DNA of 46,933 nt from an uncultured cyanobacterium (GCA_963807635.1 CAWEDJ010000050.1:1-46933); one strand, 5' to 3'; shown: positions 22,846 through 33,466, counted from the stretch's first letter. Notes: generated from the sequence alone by a model not told the origin. Numbers and translations: made by a program.

Positions 22846-23271
22846 TATTGTTATGGGTGAATAGGTCTTTCTTTATTGTATTTTATTCAAGCGAAAACGC
22901 CCACCCTAAAAACAATTGATACAAATTGGGGATCGAATTTCACTCAAACAAAAAACTTTTCAGGGAAAATCATACCATTAAACCTGTGGTTTGACGCTTT
23001 TATTAGAAACTCAGATCAAACGACTGAGTACTAATTCTCAAACTTAAGTTCAGTTTCTAAGGATTTTAAGCCTCTGGCCGAACGCTCAAGCCCAAAAGTT
23101 TACTTTTCAAAGTTACCATAAGATCTAAAATTTTTCTAGCATTTGCGAAAATAGCCTTAGTCTTTAAATGAATTTGCTGATGATTGCCCCCTACCACAAC
23201 GGATGTTTACAGGCTTCAAATGCAGACAAATTAACAAGTGTGATAGTTTTAAGGGTTTTACAAAACTGAAT

Positions 23272-24229
23272 TTAGGAAGGAGGAGGGACTGGCATTTTAC
23301 TTCCCCTTCCCAGATTTGAGGACGGAGGTTGATCCTCAGAAAGGATTTTTTTGAGGTTGCCTGTTCGTTGTTTTTGTTCCTGTTTGGCCCGTTTTTCTGG
23401 GGTTAAAAAGGGAAAACAATGGGGGCAGTAAATATCGGCTTGGTACTGGGGCGATCGCTTTTCTTGCTCGGAAAGGGGATGGCCACAGGCAGTACACAGA
23501 TCGAAGGTACCTTCTGCTAACCCGTGCTGGACGGCTATGCGTTGATCAAAAACAAAACATTCTCCTTGCCAAAGACTGTCTTCAGGAGGGATTTCTGAGA
23601 GGTAATTTAAGATGCCGCCCTGGAGGTGATAGACCTCCTGAAAACCCTGACTCAGTAAAAATGCCGAAGCTTTTTCACAACGAATACCGCCCGTACAGAA
23701 CATGGCAATTTTAGAGTGACGTTGAGGATCTAAATTTTGCTGGACATATTCTGGGAATTCTCGGAAGGAATGGGTGTGGGGATTGGTGGCTCCTTGAAAT
23801 GTCCCTGTTTCGACTTCGTAGCTGTTGCGGGTGTCTAGGACTAAAACCTCTGGATCTTGGATTAAGTCGTTCCAGTCTTGAGGTTTTACATAATGACCAA
23901 CGCGCTCGGTAGGGTCTGCTTGGGGTTGGGCAAGGGTGACAATTTCGGATTTAATTTTGACTTTCATCCGTTCAAAGGGGCAGTTATTCGGCCCAGGCAT
24001 CCCGTGTTGTTAGGTCATTCAGTTCGGTTTCTGTTTTGAGTAACGCTAGAACTTCCGCGATCGCCTCTGGTAATCCTGCGATCGTGGCGTTAATGCCCTC
24101 TGAAGCTAACAAAATCGTTCCTTTAATCTCTTTTTGCTGACAATAGGCCTGCCAATCTTTTTTCTTTTGCTCAAGATTAGTCAATCGGACAAACTTATAA
24201 AAGCTACTCACCAGATAGGTCATGGGCAA
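23272..24229 (-). CDS. trhO: tRNA U34 hydroxylase (YceA/rhodanese family); apparent 1-bp insertion at ~23986
   Basis: [50 protein letters not shown] and GECFVFDQR. Confidence 0.9.
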
Positions 24230-24243
24230 ATCTAAAAAAAAAC

Positions 24244-24273
24244 TTGATTATTTTCGCAGTCTATGATTATAAT
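24244..24273 (+). promoter_or_regulatory. sigma70-type promoter for tRNA-Ala
   Basis: TTGATT-N18-TATAAT, 47 bp upstream of the tRNA. Confidence 0.65.
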
Positions 24274-24320
24274 AGCAAAGGCAGTGAAATCGTTATCGTT
24301 CACTAAGCCAAAGACCTAAT

Positions 24321-24393
24321 GGGGGTATAGCTCAGTTGGTAGAGCGCCTGCTTTGCAAGCAGGATGTCTGCGGTTCGAGTCCGCATATCTCCA
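24321..24393 (+). tRNA. tRNA-Ala (anticodon TGC)
   Basis: Full cloverleaf: acceptor GGGGGTA/TATCTCC with G3:U70, D arm GCTC/GAGC, anticodon arm CCTGC-TTTGCAA-GCAGG, T arm TGCGG-TTCGAGT-CCGCA. Confidence 0.98.
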
Positions 24394-24493
24394 TCTTTAA
24401 ATTTTAAACAATATAGCCTAGTGAGAAACTAGACTAGTCTTTTTGGGTTGCAAGAAACTGAAAGGAATGCAATATTTTAGGATAAACACAAGG

Positions 24494-24595
24494 TAAGCTG
24501 TTAATCATCTAAACTGCATACAGGCAAGGGGCTTAAGCCCCTTGTTAAAAAGCTTTTAGAAAAAACATTATGTAATTTAAATGCGCGACAGCTTA
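24494..24595 (+). mobile_element. 102-bp MITE-like element with central 20-bp perfect palindrome (copy B)
   Basis: Ends TAAGCTGT...ACAGCTTA with central CAAGGGGCTTAAGCCCCTTG; homologous to 15536-15638. Confidence 0.75.
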
Positions 24596-24865
24596 ACCTC
24601 AAGTTTGAGGAAAATTTTCGGCTTTCCCATGAGTTCCTGCTATTGGTACTTTTGGCTCCATTTGTTGGATTATGCGATCGCCCTTTTAACCTTAACTGTC
24701 AATCCGAACCGCGATCGCCGTTTAAAATGCACCATTGAAAGAAGATAGAAGCTTAAAAAATAGGGTCGTCGATTAAATCAAACGCAATTAATTAAGGTCA
24801 ATCGCAAAATTAATTAAGGGCGAAGGTAATTCTCTCCTGCAAAAATTACTTAAAATAATTAAGAT

Positions 24866-26107
24866 ATGACTCTTGAACCCGATTCTCAGACTAATTTGAA
24901 CAGCCAGGAACGCGATCGCCTTACTAACATTCAACCCGCATTAGCTGAAAACCTGCCGATTCCCATTCCTCCGCGATCGCTTTCTAAACCTTTTTGGACG
25001 AAACCCGTAGAAACGTCCGATCCCTGGTTGTTGTTAACCGCAGTGGGTTTAATGGCCATTGGTTTAGTTTTTAATCTTGCTTGGCTGGGATTTACTGCCG
25101 CAATTGTGGCCCTAATGTTGGCTCTTCAGGTCATTTTACCCTCATTTAAAAGCTGGATTCTGCGGTATTTAACGGTTCAAGAACGGCGATCGCTGATCGG
25201 TAGTCTGAGTTTTATTTTGGCGATCGCGGGAATTGCGAAATATATCGGGTTTTATGATCTCGTTAGCCAATGGCTAAATACCTTTAAATATGATGAATTT
25301 GGCTCTTGGGCTGAATGGGTGGGAGCTTTGGGTCAAATTATGATTGCCGTCTTAGCGGTTTATGTCGCCTGGCAACAATACGTGATTTCTAAGGATTTAA
25401 CCATTCAACAAAATCGTATTACCCAGCAACAAACCATTGACGCTTATTTTCAAGGAATTTCTGATCTGGCACTGAACGAAGAAGGAATGTTAGAAGATTG
25501 GCCCCAGGAAAGAGCCTTTGCTGAAGGTAGGACAGCCGCGATTTTATCCAGTGTGGATTCCAACGGAAAAGCCAAAATTTTACGTTTTTTATCCCAGTCC
25601 AAACTACTGAGTCCCATTCGGCGGGATCATTATCTCGGTCGTCCCATTTTTGATGGTTTAGGGGGCTATCAAGAAGATCGAGCGGAAGGCATACGAGTGA
25701 TTAGTTTAGGGGTTATGTTAGTGGCCGCCGATTTATCCGAACAGGATTTGCGCTGGGTCGATCTGAGTGATATTTATTTAATTCGCGCCAATTTAGGTTA
25801 CACCGATTTAGTTAAAGCCAACCTATCTCGCACGGTTCTTTATGAAGCAAATCTGGAAAATGCTGACCTGAAAGGCACTCGTTTATTCTACGAACCCTTA
25901 GAAACCGCCACTCCCCGCGATCGCGGTCATCACCCTAATTACGAAACAGGAGAAAGAACGGGAACCGTCATCGAAAATGCTAACTTCAGGGGAGTTAAAA
26001 ACATGAGCGAAGAACAACGTTGCTATTGTTGTGCTTGGGGAGGAGAAAATACCCGAAAAACAATCCCTGGTGGGTGTGAAGGGATTCCCAATAAGCTAGG
26101 ACGTTGA
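24866..26107 (+). CDS. membrane pentapeptide-repeat protein
   Basis: Several TM segments followed by ADLSE/QDLRW/ANLGY/ANLSR/ANLEN/ADLKG repeats. Confidence 0.88.
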   Translation: MTLEPDSQTNLNSQERDRLTNIQPALAENLPIPIPPRSLSKPFWTKPVETSDPWLLLTAVGLMAIGLVFNLAWLGFTAAIVALMLALQVILPSFKSWILRYLTVQERRSLIGSLSFILAIAGIAKYIGFYDLVSQWLNTFKYDEFGSWAEWVGALGQIMIAVLAVYVAWQQYVISKDLTIQQNRITQQQTIDAYFQGISDLALNEEGMLEDWPQERAFAEGRTAAILSSVDSNGKAKILRFLSQSKLLSPIRRDHYLGRPIFDGLGGYQEDRAEGIRVISLGVMLVAADLSEQDLRWVDLSDIYLIRANLGYTDLVKANLSRTVLYEANLENADLKGTRLFYEPLETATPRDRGHHPNYETGERTGTVIENANFRGVKNMSEEQRCYCCAWGGENTRKTIPGGCEGIPNKLGR

Positions 26108-26126
26108 TTTGGGGGAATTATCAATC

Positions 26127-27333
26127 TTACTGTACAGGAAAAGCTTCTGGACGAATGGCAATCATTTGTATTTTTTGTTGCCGATCAATTTCTAATTGCA
26201 AAATTTGACCAATTTTACTAAATTCAACCTGTTCTTGAACGTCGGTCGCCGTTTCAACGTTCGTTCCTCCCACCTTCAGAATAATATCCCCAGGCTTTAA
26301 TCCTGCCTGGGATGCGGGAGAATTTTTAGCAATTTGAACGATTAAAACTCCTTTCTCTGCTTCAATTTTGAAAGGTAACTCTTTTTGAGTCAGTAATTCT
26401 TGTTTTAATTCAGGGGTGAGCGTCACCATTTGTATTCCTAGGTAAGGATGTTCCATTTTGCCTCGACTAAAGAGTTGATCCGCAACCCGTTGGGCAGTTT
26501 GAATGGGAATGGCAAAACCGAGTCCCTGGGCATCAGCACGAATGGCAGTATTGACTCCGATCACTTCTCCCTGGGCATTTAATAAAGGGCCACCAGAGTT
26601 GCCTGGGTTAATCGCCGCATCGGTTTGAATAAATTTGACTCGTTTATCGGGAACACCCACTTCGACATTAGACCGTCCCAAGGCACTAATAATTCCCACT
26701 GTCACCGTATTATCTAGTCCCAGGGGATTGCGATCGCGATCGCCCATTCTCCTGGTTGTAGTTTATTCGACTCTCCAATGGAAACAGTGGGTAAATTTTG
26801 GGCTTGAATTTGAACAACCGCAATATCGGTCATCGGATCAACCCCCATCACCTTACCCTGATAGATTTTTCCATCCTTGAGGGTGACTTTCACCTGGGTT
26901 GTGCCTTCTATGACGTGGGCATTGGTCAAAACGCGACCATCCGCCGACAGAATGAATCCTGAACCTGTTCCCCGTTCTAAATGCTCCCTGTTTTCCTTGG
27001 GAATCGGTCTTTCTTGCCCAAAAAAACGCCGAAAAAATGGTTGATCAAAGGGATCATTTTCGCCATCGCTCACCTGACGAGCCGCATCAATCCGAACGAC
27101 TGCGGGGCCAGTCTTTCCTGGGCCGCCTTGGCAATAAAGTTCAAATCATTGGGGTTTGTTTCTGGGGCAGTAAAAGGAAAGGATTTAACGGAAGTGGCGA
27201 TCGCGGGTGAGGAAGTTGAAGCAGTATCCGCGTCCAAGGACGTAAAGAGATAACGAGTGCCAAAAACCCCCAAACCGCCTCCGAGAAGCAATAAAACGGT
27301 GGCGGCACCAAGCTGTTTAAAAGAAAGGTTCAT
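26127..27333 (-). CDS. HtrA/Deg serine protease with PDZ domain (HhoA/HhoB type); two apparent indels (~27115, ~26730)
   Basis: [18 protein letters not shown] and [16 protein letters not shown], followed by a PDZ domain. Confidence 0.92.
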
Positions 27334-27423
27334 TGGATTCGGCCCAGATAGGTTGGAGAGTGCGCTTATCTAGTATAAAGACTCAATAAAGTTTTGGCTG
27401 AAATTTAGCTTAAAAAATACTTT

Positions 27424-29280
27424 TTAGACCAAACGAGTATTCGGATCAAAAGTTTCTAATAAGGGTTTTAATTTTTTGATTTTTTCTTGTACGGATTTCT
27501 TTATTTCGTCACATTTAACTTCTTGAAATTGCAAGTTATTGCCTATTTTTTTTACAAAAATAACACTCTCTAATTCTTCAGGAGGAGTTCCCAAGAGATG
27601 AAAGAGCAGATGGGCAACGGGAATTTCGACAATATCCGTTGTACGAGGATCAACTGCTAAAAATTTGCCCGCGATCGCAATACTTGGAAAGGCATAAATG
27701 ACTTTTTTGGTCAGTTTAGGGTTAGCGCGATTCTCTAAAACAGTAATGATTAATTCTCCTTGTTCTTGTTCATTATCACTTTTATTTTGCCAAGCATAAT
27801 AAACATTTTGTAAAGGTTTAGCAAATTTTACGAAAACAGGAGAAACAGCTTTTTCAATAAGAATAGGAGAAATATTAAATTTTGAAGAACTATCGATAAT
27901 TCCTTGCAGTTGTTCTTTTAAGTTCATAGGTTTATGGTGATTAATGGCGTTTAACTTGGCCGCGATCGCCGTCAGGACTTTATTGGTTAGCTCAGGAAAT
28001 TGAACGAGTTCGTACATCAACGCTGATTTTTCCTCTTCTGAAAAGTGCATAATCATTGAGATGACCTGTTGAACGCGATCGCCAGAGGGCAAAGTTTCTC
28101 GACTTCGATCCTTGGGAGCCGGGGGAGCGATCGCAAAATTATCTTGATTTTGTCGTATGTCATTAACCGGAGTTAGGGGGGGGAATTGATCCAAGGGAAA
28201 TTCTTCCAATGGCTCTAAAGGAGAAGATGCGGGCATGGAAATCGAACCTTCTTCCAATCCTGGCCAAGCAAACATTGATTCCAAGGTATCTAGGGGAGAG
28301 ACGATCGCTGAATGAGATTCAATGTTTTTGGAAAACTGAAAATCTTGGGGTTCAACCAGGCGGGTTTCTCGATTTTCATTTTCTACATCAATCACTTCCA
28401 CATTTCCGAGATCAATGTTTTCTCCAGGGAAAGAAAAGAAAGCTGAGAATTTTGACGGTAGGAAGCATCCTGTCCAAAGGCATCATGTACTCCCTGCAAT
28501 TGGCCTTCCCAAGGAAGTTTTTCGTCCGCAGGTATTTCGTAGGTTTGTCTTTCTAGGCTAACGCGACGAATGGCCATTTCAGGCGGTAAACCCCGAAGAT
28601 ACCAGCGATACATTTGGGCGAGTTCTTCTTCGTCTCCCATCCATTGTAAAGCGATCATGTCTTGAATCACGATCGGCACCAGGGGACGCAGTTCGGGTAG
28701 GGACTTGAGGGAAAAATGATCCAATTCTTTGCCAATTTTCAGATAATCCTCATCCGTTGCTTGAGGACCCTAACTGAATTAAACGAAGCACTTCTTCAGA
28801 ACTAGAACTCAGATTCTGAGTCCCGCCATGCTCTGGGATATTCCGTTCAATGGATTCTTCTAGACAACGACGAACGACCTTGCGGGCTGAACGATTTTGT
28901 TCTGCGGAAATCCATTCCACACTGGCACGATCAAATTGACGCATTAATCTTAAAACTTCTCGAAAAAGAAAGCGGGATTTATCGGCTTTGACTTCAGCCA
29001 GTCCATTGACCTGATTAAAAATAGTCTCACTGTTTCCCTTGATTTCAAGAGATTGAATACCCAACTGGATAGATTTGCGTAATCCGATGATTAATCCGTG
29101 ATATTCCGCTTCTTCATTGGTCGTAAAAGAGAGAATCTGACTGACGGTGAAGCGTTTGCCGTTGGGCATCAGAAGAATGGCGGCGGCGGCTCCTTGTCCT
29201 TGTTCTCCGCGAGATTCCCCTGCAAATAACATGATGGGTAATAGATTACCTCTGATCGTTTGGCTGGTAGGATTAGACAT
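27424..29280 (-). CDS. RNase HI-like domain (degenerate active site) fused to a long C-terminal region; two apparent indels (~28778, ~28428)
   Basis: TNEEAEYHGLIIGL, LEIKGNSE.I.NQVNG and EWISAEQN. Single-base fixes join the three ORFs (LGPQATDEDYLKIGKELDHFS; SPGENIDLGNVEVID). Confidence 0.7.
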
Positions 29281-29313
29281 CGTAGATTAACACAGTAGGG
29301 AATAATCAGGAGA

Positions 29314-29436
29314 TAAGTAGCTGGTTATAATTACACTGAACAATACATTGTCCGCTCGATCCCCCCTGCCCCCCTTGATAAGGGGGGTGTCTGTAGGACG
29401 GGGGGATCCTACATTTTTTTAATGACCACCTACTTA
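29314..29436. mobile_element. 123-bp MITE-like element enclosing a GATCCCCCC...GGGGGATC hairpin repeat
   Basis: Ends TAAGTAGCTGGTTAT and (reverse complement) TAAGTAGGTGGTCAT match 13/15; internal CCCCCCTTGATAAGGGGGG at 29358-29408. Confidence 0.6.
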
Positions 29437-29444
29437 ACAAGCCA

Positions 29445-30104
29445 ATGGAACGAATTCTTGAACCCGAAGTGATGGATACGGAAGCGGAAGCCCTAGAATA
29501 CGACTCGATGGATTTCTTGGCGGTTAATGCGGTTTTTGCTCAACGGACGGTTGAACTAGGCTCACGAATCGCTCAAGTCTTAGATTTGGGAACGGGAACA
29601 GCACGTATCCCCATTTTAATCGCTCAGGCCCGTCCTGAATGGCAAATTGTGGCAATTGATTTAGCAGAATCGATGTTGACGATCGCGAGACAAAATGTTG
29701 TTAGTGCCAAGCTAGAAACCCAGATTCAATTAGAACTAATGGATGCCAAACAGTTACCCTATCCATCTTCTTCTTTTGACGGGGTGATTTCTAATAGTTT
29801 AATTCACCATTTGCCCGATCCGTTACCTTTTTTTCGAGAATTAAAACGAGTTTTAAAACCCCAGGGATTTTTGTTATTACGAGATTTACTTCGTCCCCAT
29901 AGTCCTGCGATCGCCGATGCAATGGTGGCAGAAATTGGGACAGAATATGGCCCCCATCAAATCCAACTCTTTCGGGATTCTTTGGGGGCTGCCTTTACCT
30001 TGGAGGAAATCCAGTCCTTTGTGGAAACCGTCGCTTTATCCGATGTCAAAGTCTATCAATCCTCAGAACGCCATTGGACAATCGAAAGAGCCTTTTCTGC
30101 TTAG
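29445..30104 (+). CDS. class I SAM-dependent methyltransferase
   Basis: VLDLGTGTA, AIDLAESML, FDGVISNSLIHH and RVLKPQG. Confidence 0.92.
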   Translation: MERILEPEVMDTEAEALEYDSMDFLAVNAVFAQRTVELGSRIAQVLDLGTGTARIPILIAQARPEWQIVAIDLAESMLTIARQNVVSAKLETQIQLELMDAKQLPYPSSSFDGVISNSLIHHLPDPLPFFRELKRVLKPQGFLLLRDLLRPHSPAIADAMVAEIGTEYGPHQIQLFRDSLGAAFTLEEIQSFVETVALSDVKVYQSSERHWTIERAFSA

Positions 30105-30110
30105 TGCTGA

Positions 30111-30140
30111 AAGTCCCCCAGAATTGGGGGATTTAGGGGA
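30111..30140. repeat. short cyanobacterial dispersed palindromic repeat between convergent genes
   Basis: AAGTCCCCCAGAATTGGGGGATTTAGGGGA with hairpin TCCCCCA-GAAT-TGGGGGA. Confidence 0.6.
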
Positions 30141-30157
30141 CATTTCGAGCCTATTCT

Positions 30158-30892
30158 TTACCAACCACGCTCTGACCAAACGGGGTGGGAAAAAATCGAA
30201 TCTGCTACCCTCACTCCCCTTAATTGATTTAACAAAGGCAAGTGACCGACGGGCGCATTCAAATCCCAAATAAAACCCCTGGGATATTTTGTCCAACTGT
30301 TGCCGTCTTTCCAGCCAATTTTTGGCCAGAGTTTCACAAAATCCCTGCCCATGCCTAACCACAGCTTGCGTTGCACCGAAAAGCCAAATCGACCTTCCGA
30401 ATGTACCCACCAAAGGGCATTAACTGTGTTTAAATCTTCACTTGGAAATCCAGTGACTTCCGTAAAATAAATCCATTTGCGTTGGATCGCGCCGTCTCCT
30501 GCTAATTCACAGAGTTTTTCGCGGGTCAAGTTGTCGGCCAACTCAAATTTTCTCTGGACTAGAGCCTGTTGGAGGGGCGTGTAATCAATATTACGGGCGG
30601 AGGCGAGGGGAACAACACCCTTGGGAAAATGGGTGGTCAAAAAAGCCTGAATAGCCTCGTTATCAATGGCATACAGGGTTTGATAGGCTTTCCCTACCGC
30701 CAAATTCGGAGAGACGGCTTCTTTTTGGGATTGCAAAAATTCTTTTAAAATCTCCCAACCCGATTCCCCGAAGGTTTCTAGCTTGGAAATGAGGGGTAGT
30801 TGATTTTTTTCTGATTCCCCAAAAAATTGGGTCGCGAATGCTTGGATATCTACCGATGGGTCAGGGACGGATAAGGAAGAGAGATCAGTCAT
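30158..30892 (-). CDS. gun4: GUN4 (Ycf53) Mg-chelatase activator
   Basis: IDY.PLQ..L, AIQRKWIYFTEV, LWWVHSEGRFGFSVQR, WTKYPRGFIWDLNAPVGHLPL and NQLRG. Confidence 0.93.
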   Translation of the reverse strand: MTDLSSLSVPDPSVDIQAFATQFFGESEKNQLPLISKLETFGESGWEILKEFLQSQKEAVSPNLAVGKAYQTLYAIDNEAIQAFLTTHFPKGVVPLASARNIDYTPLQQALVQRKFELADNLTREKLCELAGDGAIQRKWIYFTEVTGFPSEDLNTVNALWWVHSEGRFGFSVQRKLWLGMGRDFVKLWPKIGWKDGNSWTKYPRGFIWDLNAPVGHLPLLNQLRGVRVADSIFSHPVWSERGW

Positions 30893-31026
30893 TTTGAACA
30901 ATTAATTGTCTGCCATAACTACTAATAGCACTAATTTCACTGCTTTGCCGAAAAGTTACTCTAGGCAGGTGTGAGCTTTCGATATAATATACCCTAACCA
31001 TTAACTTTTGAAGCCTAGAACCCTCT

Positions 31027-31665
31027 ATGAGTCTTAAACTTTACTTTCTGCGACATGGAGAAACGGCTTCGAGCCAAACAGGAACCTACTGTGGACGGGT
31101 TGATATTGATCTGACAGAGGCGGGTTATCAAATGGCTGAACAGTTTGCCCAGGCTTACCATGACCTGCATTGGGCGGCGATTTTTGCCAGTCCCCTACGG
31201 CGTACCATCGCCACGGCCCAACCCTTGAGCGATCGCATTGGCTTAAAAATTCAACGTCGAGAAGGATTAAAAGAAATTGCCTACGGAAAATGGGAAGGGA
31301 AAACTCCCGCCGAGGTAAATATGGAATTCCATGATGACTATGTGCGCTGGTTAGCTGATCCAGGCTGGAATGCACCCACAGGCGGCGAAAAGGGTATTGA
31401 TATTGCGCGGCGCAGTTCGGAAGTGTTAGAAGAAATTGAACAAACCTTTGATAGTGGCAATATTCTGGTGGTTTCTCATAAATCCACGATTCGTATTATT
31501 CTCGGTTCCCTGTTAGGCATTGATATCGGTCGTTATCGCGATCGCATTGGAATGCCCGTTGCATCGGTCAGTATTGTGGAAATGTCGGAACACGGGCCGC
31601 TCATCCATGTCATGGGCGATCGCGCTCATTTGGATAAAGATCTCAGAGAACGGTTTGGAACTTGA
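31027..31665 (+). CDS. histidine phosphatase family protein
   Basis: LRHGET, SPLRR..TA, LKEIAYGKWEG and VVSHK. Confidence 0.92.
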   Translation: MSLKLYFLRHGETASSQTGTYCGRVDIDLTEAGYQMAEQFAQAYHDLHWAAIFASPLRRTIATAQPLSDRIGLKIQRREGLKEIAYGKWEGKTPAEVNMEFHDDYVRWLADPGWNAPTGGEKGIDIARRSSEVLEEIEQTFDSGNILVVSHKSTIRIILGSLLGIDIGRYRDRIGMPVASVSIVEMSEHGPLIHVMGDRAHLDKDLRERFGT

Positions 31666-31690
31666 TAGTTAATCGGTGAATTAGATTTGC

Positions 31691-32336
31691 ATGGGCTTAA
31701 AACTCTATTTTCTTCGGCATGGACAAACGGCCTATAGTGCAACGGGGGGCTATTGTGGTACACCCGAAAATGATCCTGGTTTAACTCCCCAGGGTTTTGA
31801 AATGGCAGAAGCCTTTGCCGATGCTTATTGTCATCTTCCCTGGCAAGCGATTTATACCAGTCCCTTGCAACGAGCGGTACAAACAGCCAAACCCCTGAGC
31901 GATCGCCTAAGTATGCCAATGGATTTACGACATGGCTTAAAAGAAGTGGCCTATGGGGAATGGGAAGGAATGCACCCGAATGAAATTTATGAAAAATTTA
32001 CCGATTCCTATGTACGTTGGTTAACCGATCCCGCTTGGAATGCGCCACCCAAGGGAGAAAGAGGCATTGATATTGCCCGTCGTTGTTCCCAGGTTTTAGA
32101 AGAAATTGAAGATCGTTTTCCATCGGGGAATGTGTTACTGGTTTCCCACAAAGCCACTATCCGTATCATGCTCTGTGATCTGATGGGGATTGATATTGGT
32201 CGGTATCGCGATCGCTTTATGTTGCCCGTTGCGGCGTTGAGTATTGTAGAACTCTGTGACCGTGGCCCTTTTTTTCCATGTCATCGGCGACCGCGCCCAT
32301 CTCAGCCCCTATCTCCGCAGTTTACCCAATACATAG
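31691..32336 (+). CDS. histidine phosphatase family protein (paralogue); extra T in a run at ~32270, true stop probably TAG 32334-32336
   Basis: LRHGQT, SPLQRA and LVSHK. Removing one T gives GPFFHVIGDRAHLSPYLRSLPNT*, matching the upstream paralogue (GPLIHVMGDRAHL). Confidence 0.88.
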
Positions 32337-32352
32337 CAGAGAAAATTTTCCG

Positions 32353-32685
32353 ATGTCCTACTTAATTTTATTCATTGCGATCGTTGCCGAAGTGATCGCC
32401 ACCAGTTGTTTAAAAGCATCAGAAGGCTTCACCAAACTGATACCGAGCCTGGTCGTTATTGCGGGCTATAGCACAGCGTTCTATTGCTTAAGTTTGACCC
32501 TAAAAACCATGTCTATTGGCATTGTGTATGCGATTTGGTCGGGCGCGGGAGTGGTACTGGTCGCCTTAATCGGGAAAATATTCTTCCAGCAACAGCTTGA
32601 TTTCGCGGCTCAGGTGGGAATTGGGTTGATTATAGTGGGTGTTTTGGTGATCAATTTATTATCCAAATCTGTTGCCTCCCATTAA
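32353..32685 (+). CDS. SMR-family (EmrE-like) small multidrug transporter
   Basis: From ATG 32353: MSYLILFIAIVAEVIATSCLKASEGFT...GIVYAIWSG; four TM helices with the conserved Glu. Confidence 0.92.
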   Translation: MSYLILFIAIVAEVIATSCLKASEGFTKLIPSLVVIAGYSTAFYCLSLTLKTMSIGIVYAIWSGAGVVLVALIGKIFFQQQLDFAAQVGIGLIIVGVLVINLLSKSVASH

Positions 32686-32728
32686 TTTGTGACACCCGCA
32701 TCTGATAATGAAAAGAAGGTAATTTTCG

Positions 32729-33466
32729 ATGAAACCCCTTGAGCTAAATCCATCGATGACTCAAACCAGCATTCCTCCCTCTACGGAAATACAAGAAATT
32801 TTTGACCGCATTGCTCCTGTTTATGACCAACTCAATGCCTGGCTAAGTTTTGGGCAACATCGGGTCTGGAAATTGATGACCGTTAAATGGTGCAATCCTA
32901 AGCTTGGTGACAAAGCTCTAGATGTCTGTTGTGGAAGCGGTGATTTGACTCAGCTTTTAGCAAAAAAGGTCGGTTCCCAGGGTCAAGTGATGGGATTAGA
33001 TTTTTCTGCCAATTTACTCGCGATCGCAGCCCAACGAATTTCTACCCAAACGCCCCCTTTACCGATTGAATGGTTAGAAGGAGATGCCCTCAATTTACCC
33101 TTTGAAGCTGACACTTTCGACTGTGCTACGATGGGATATGGGCTACGAAACGTAACGGATATTCCCCGTGCCTTATCAGAGTTACACCGAGTTTTAAAGC
33201 CAGGGAGCAAAGTTGCTATTCTCGACTTTCATCATCCAAACCAAGCCTGGATACAGCTTTTTCAACAATGGTATTTACAAACAATTGTCGTTCCCACCGC
33301 TAATTATTTTCAAGTTACCGAAGAATATGCCTATATTTATCCCAGTTTAGAACGCTTTCCCAATGGTCGTAACCAAGTAAAATTAGCCTATGATGCAGGT
33401 TTTTCTCAGGTTGTACATTACGCGATCGCAGGGGGATTGATGGGGGTTTTAGTTGCCGAAAAATAG
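32729..33466 (+). CDS. menG: demethylphylloquinone methyltransferase (UbiE/MenG family)
   Basis: FDRIAPVYDQLN..LSFGQHRVWK, LDVCCGSGD, GYGLRNV and RVLKPG. Confidence 0.88.
   Translation: MKPLELNPSMTQTSIPPSTEIQEIFDRIAPVYDQLNAWLSFGQHRVWKLMTVKWCNPKLGDKALDVCCGSGDLTQLLAKKVGSQGQVMGLDFSANLLAIAAQRISTQTPPLPIEWLEGDALNLPFEADTFDCATMGYGLRNVTDIPRALSELHRVLKPGSKVAILDFHHPNQAWIQLFQQWYLQTIVVPTANYFQVTEEYAYIYPSLERFPNGRNQVKLAYDAGFSQVVHYAIAGGLMGVLVAEK

Noticed and set aside
24784..24820. AATTAATTAAGG direct repeat upstream of the pentapeptide gene as an operator
   Set aside because: Low-complexity AT-rich sequence with only two copies and no linked regulator.
24394..24865. Integrative element at tRNA-Ala
   Set aside because: No duplicated tRNA 3' end and no integrase were seen; only a MITE-like unit follows.
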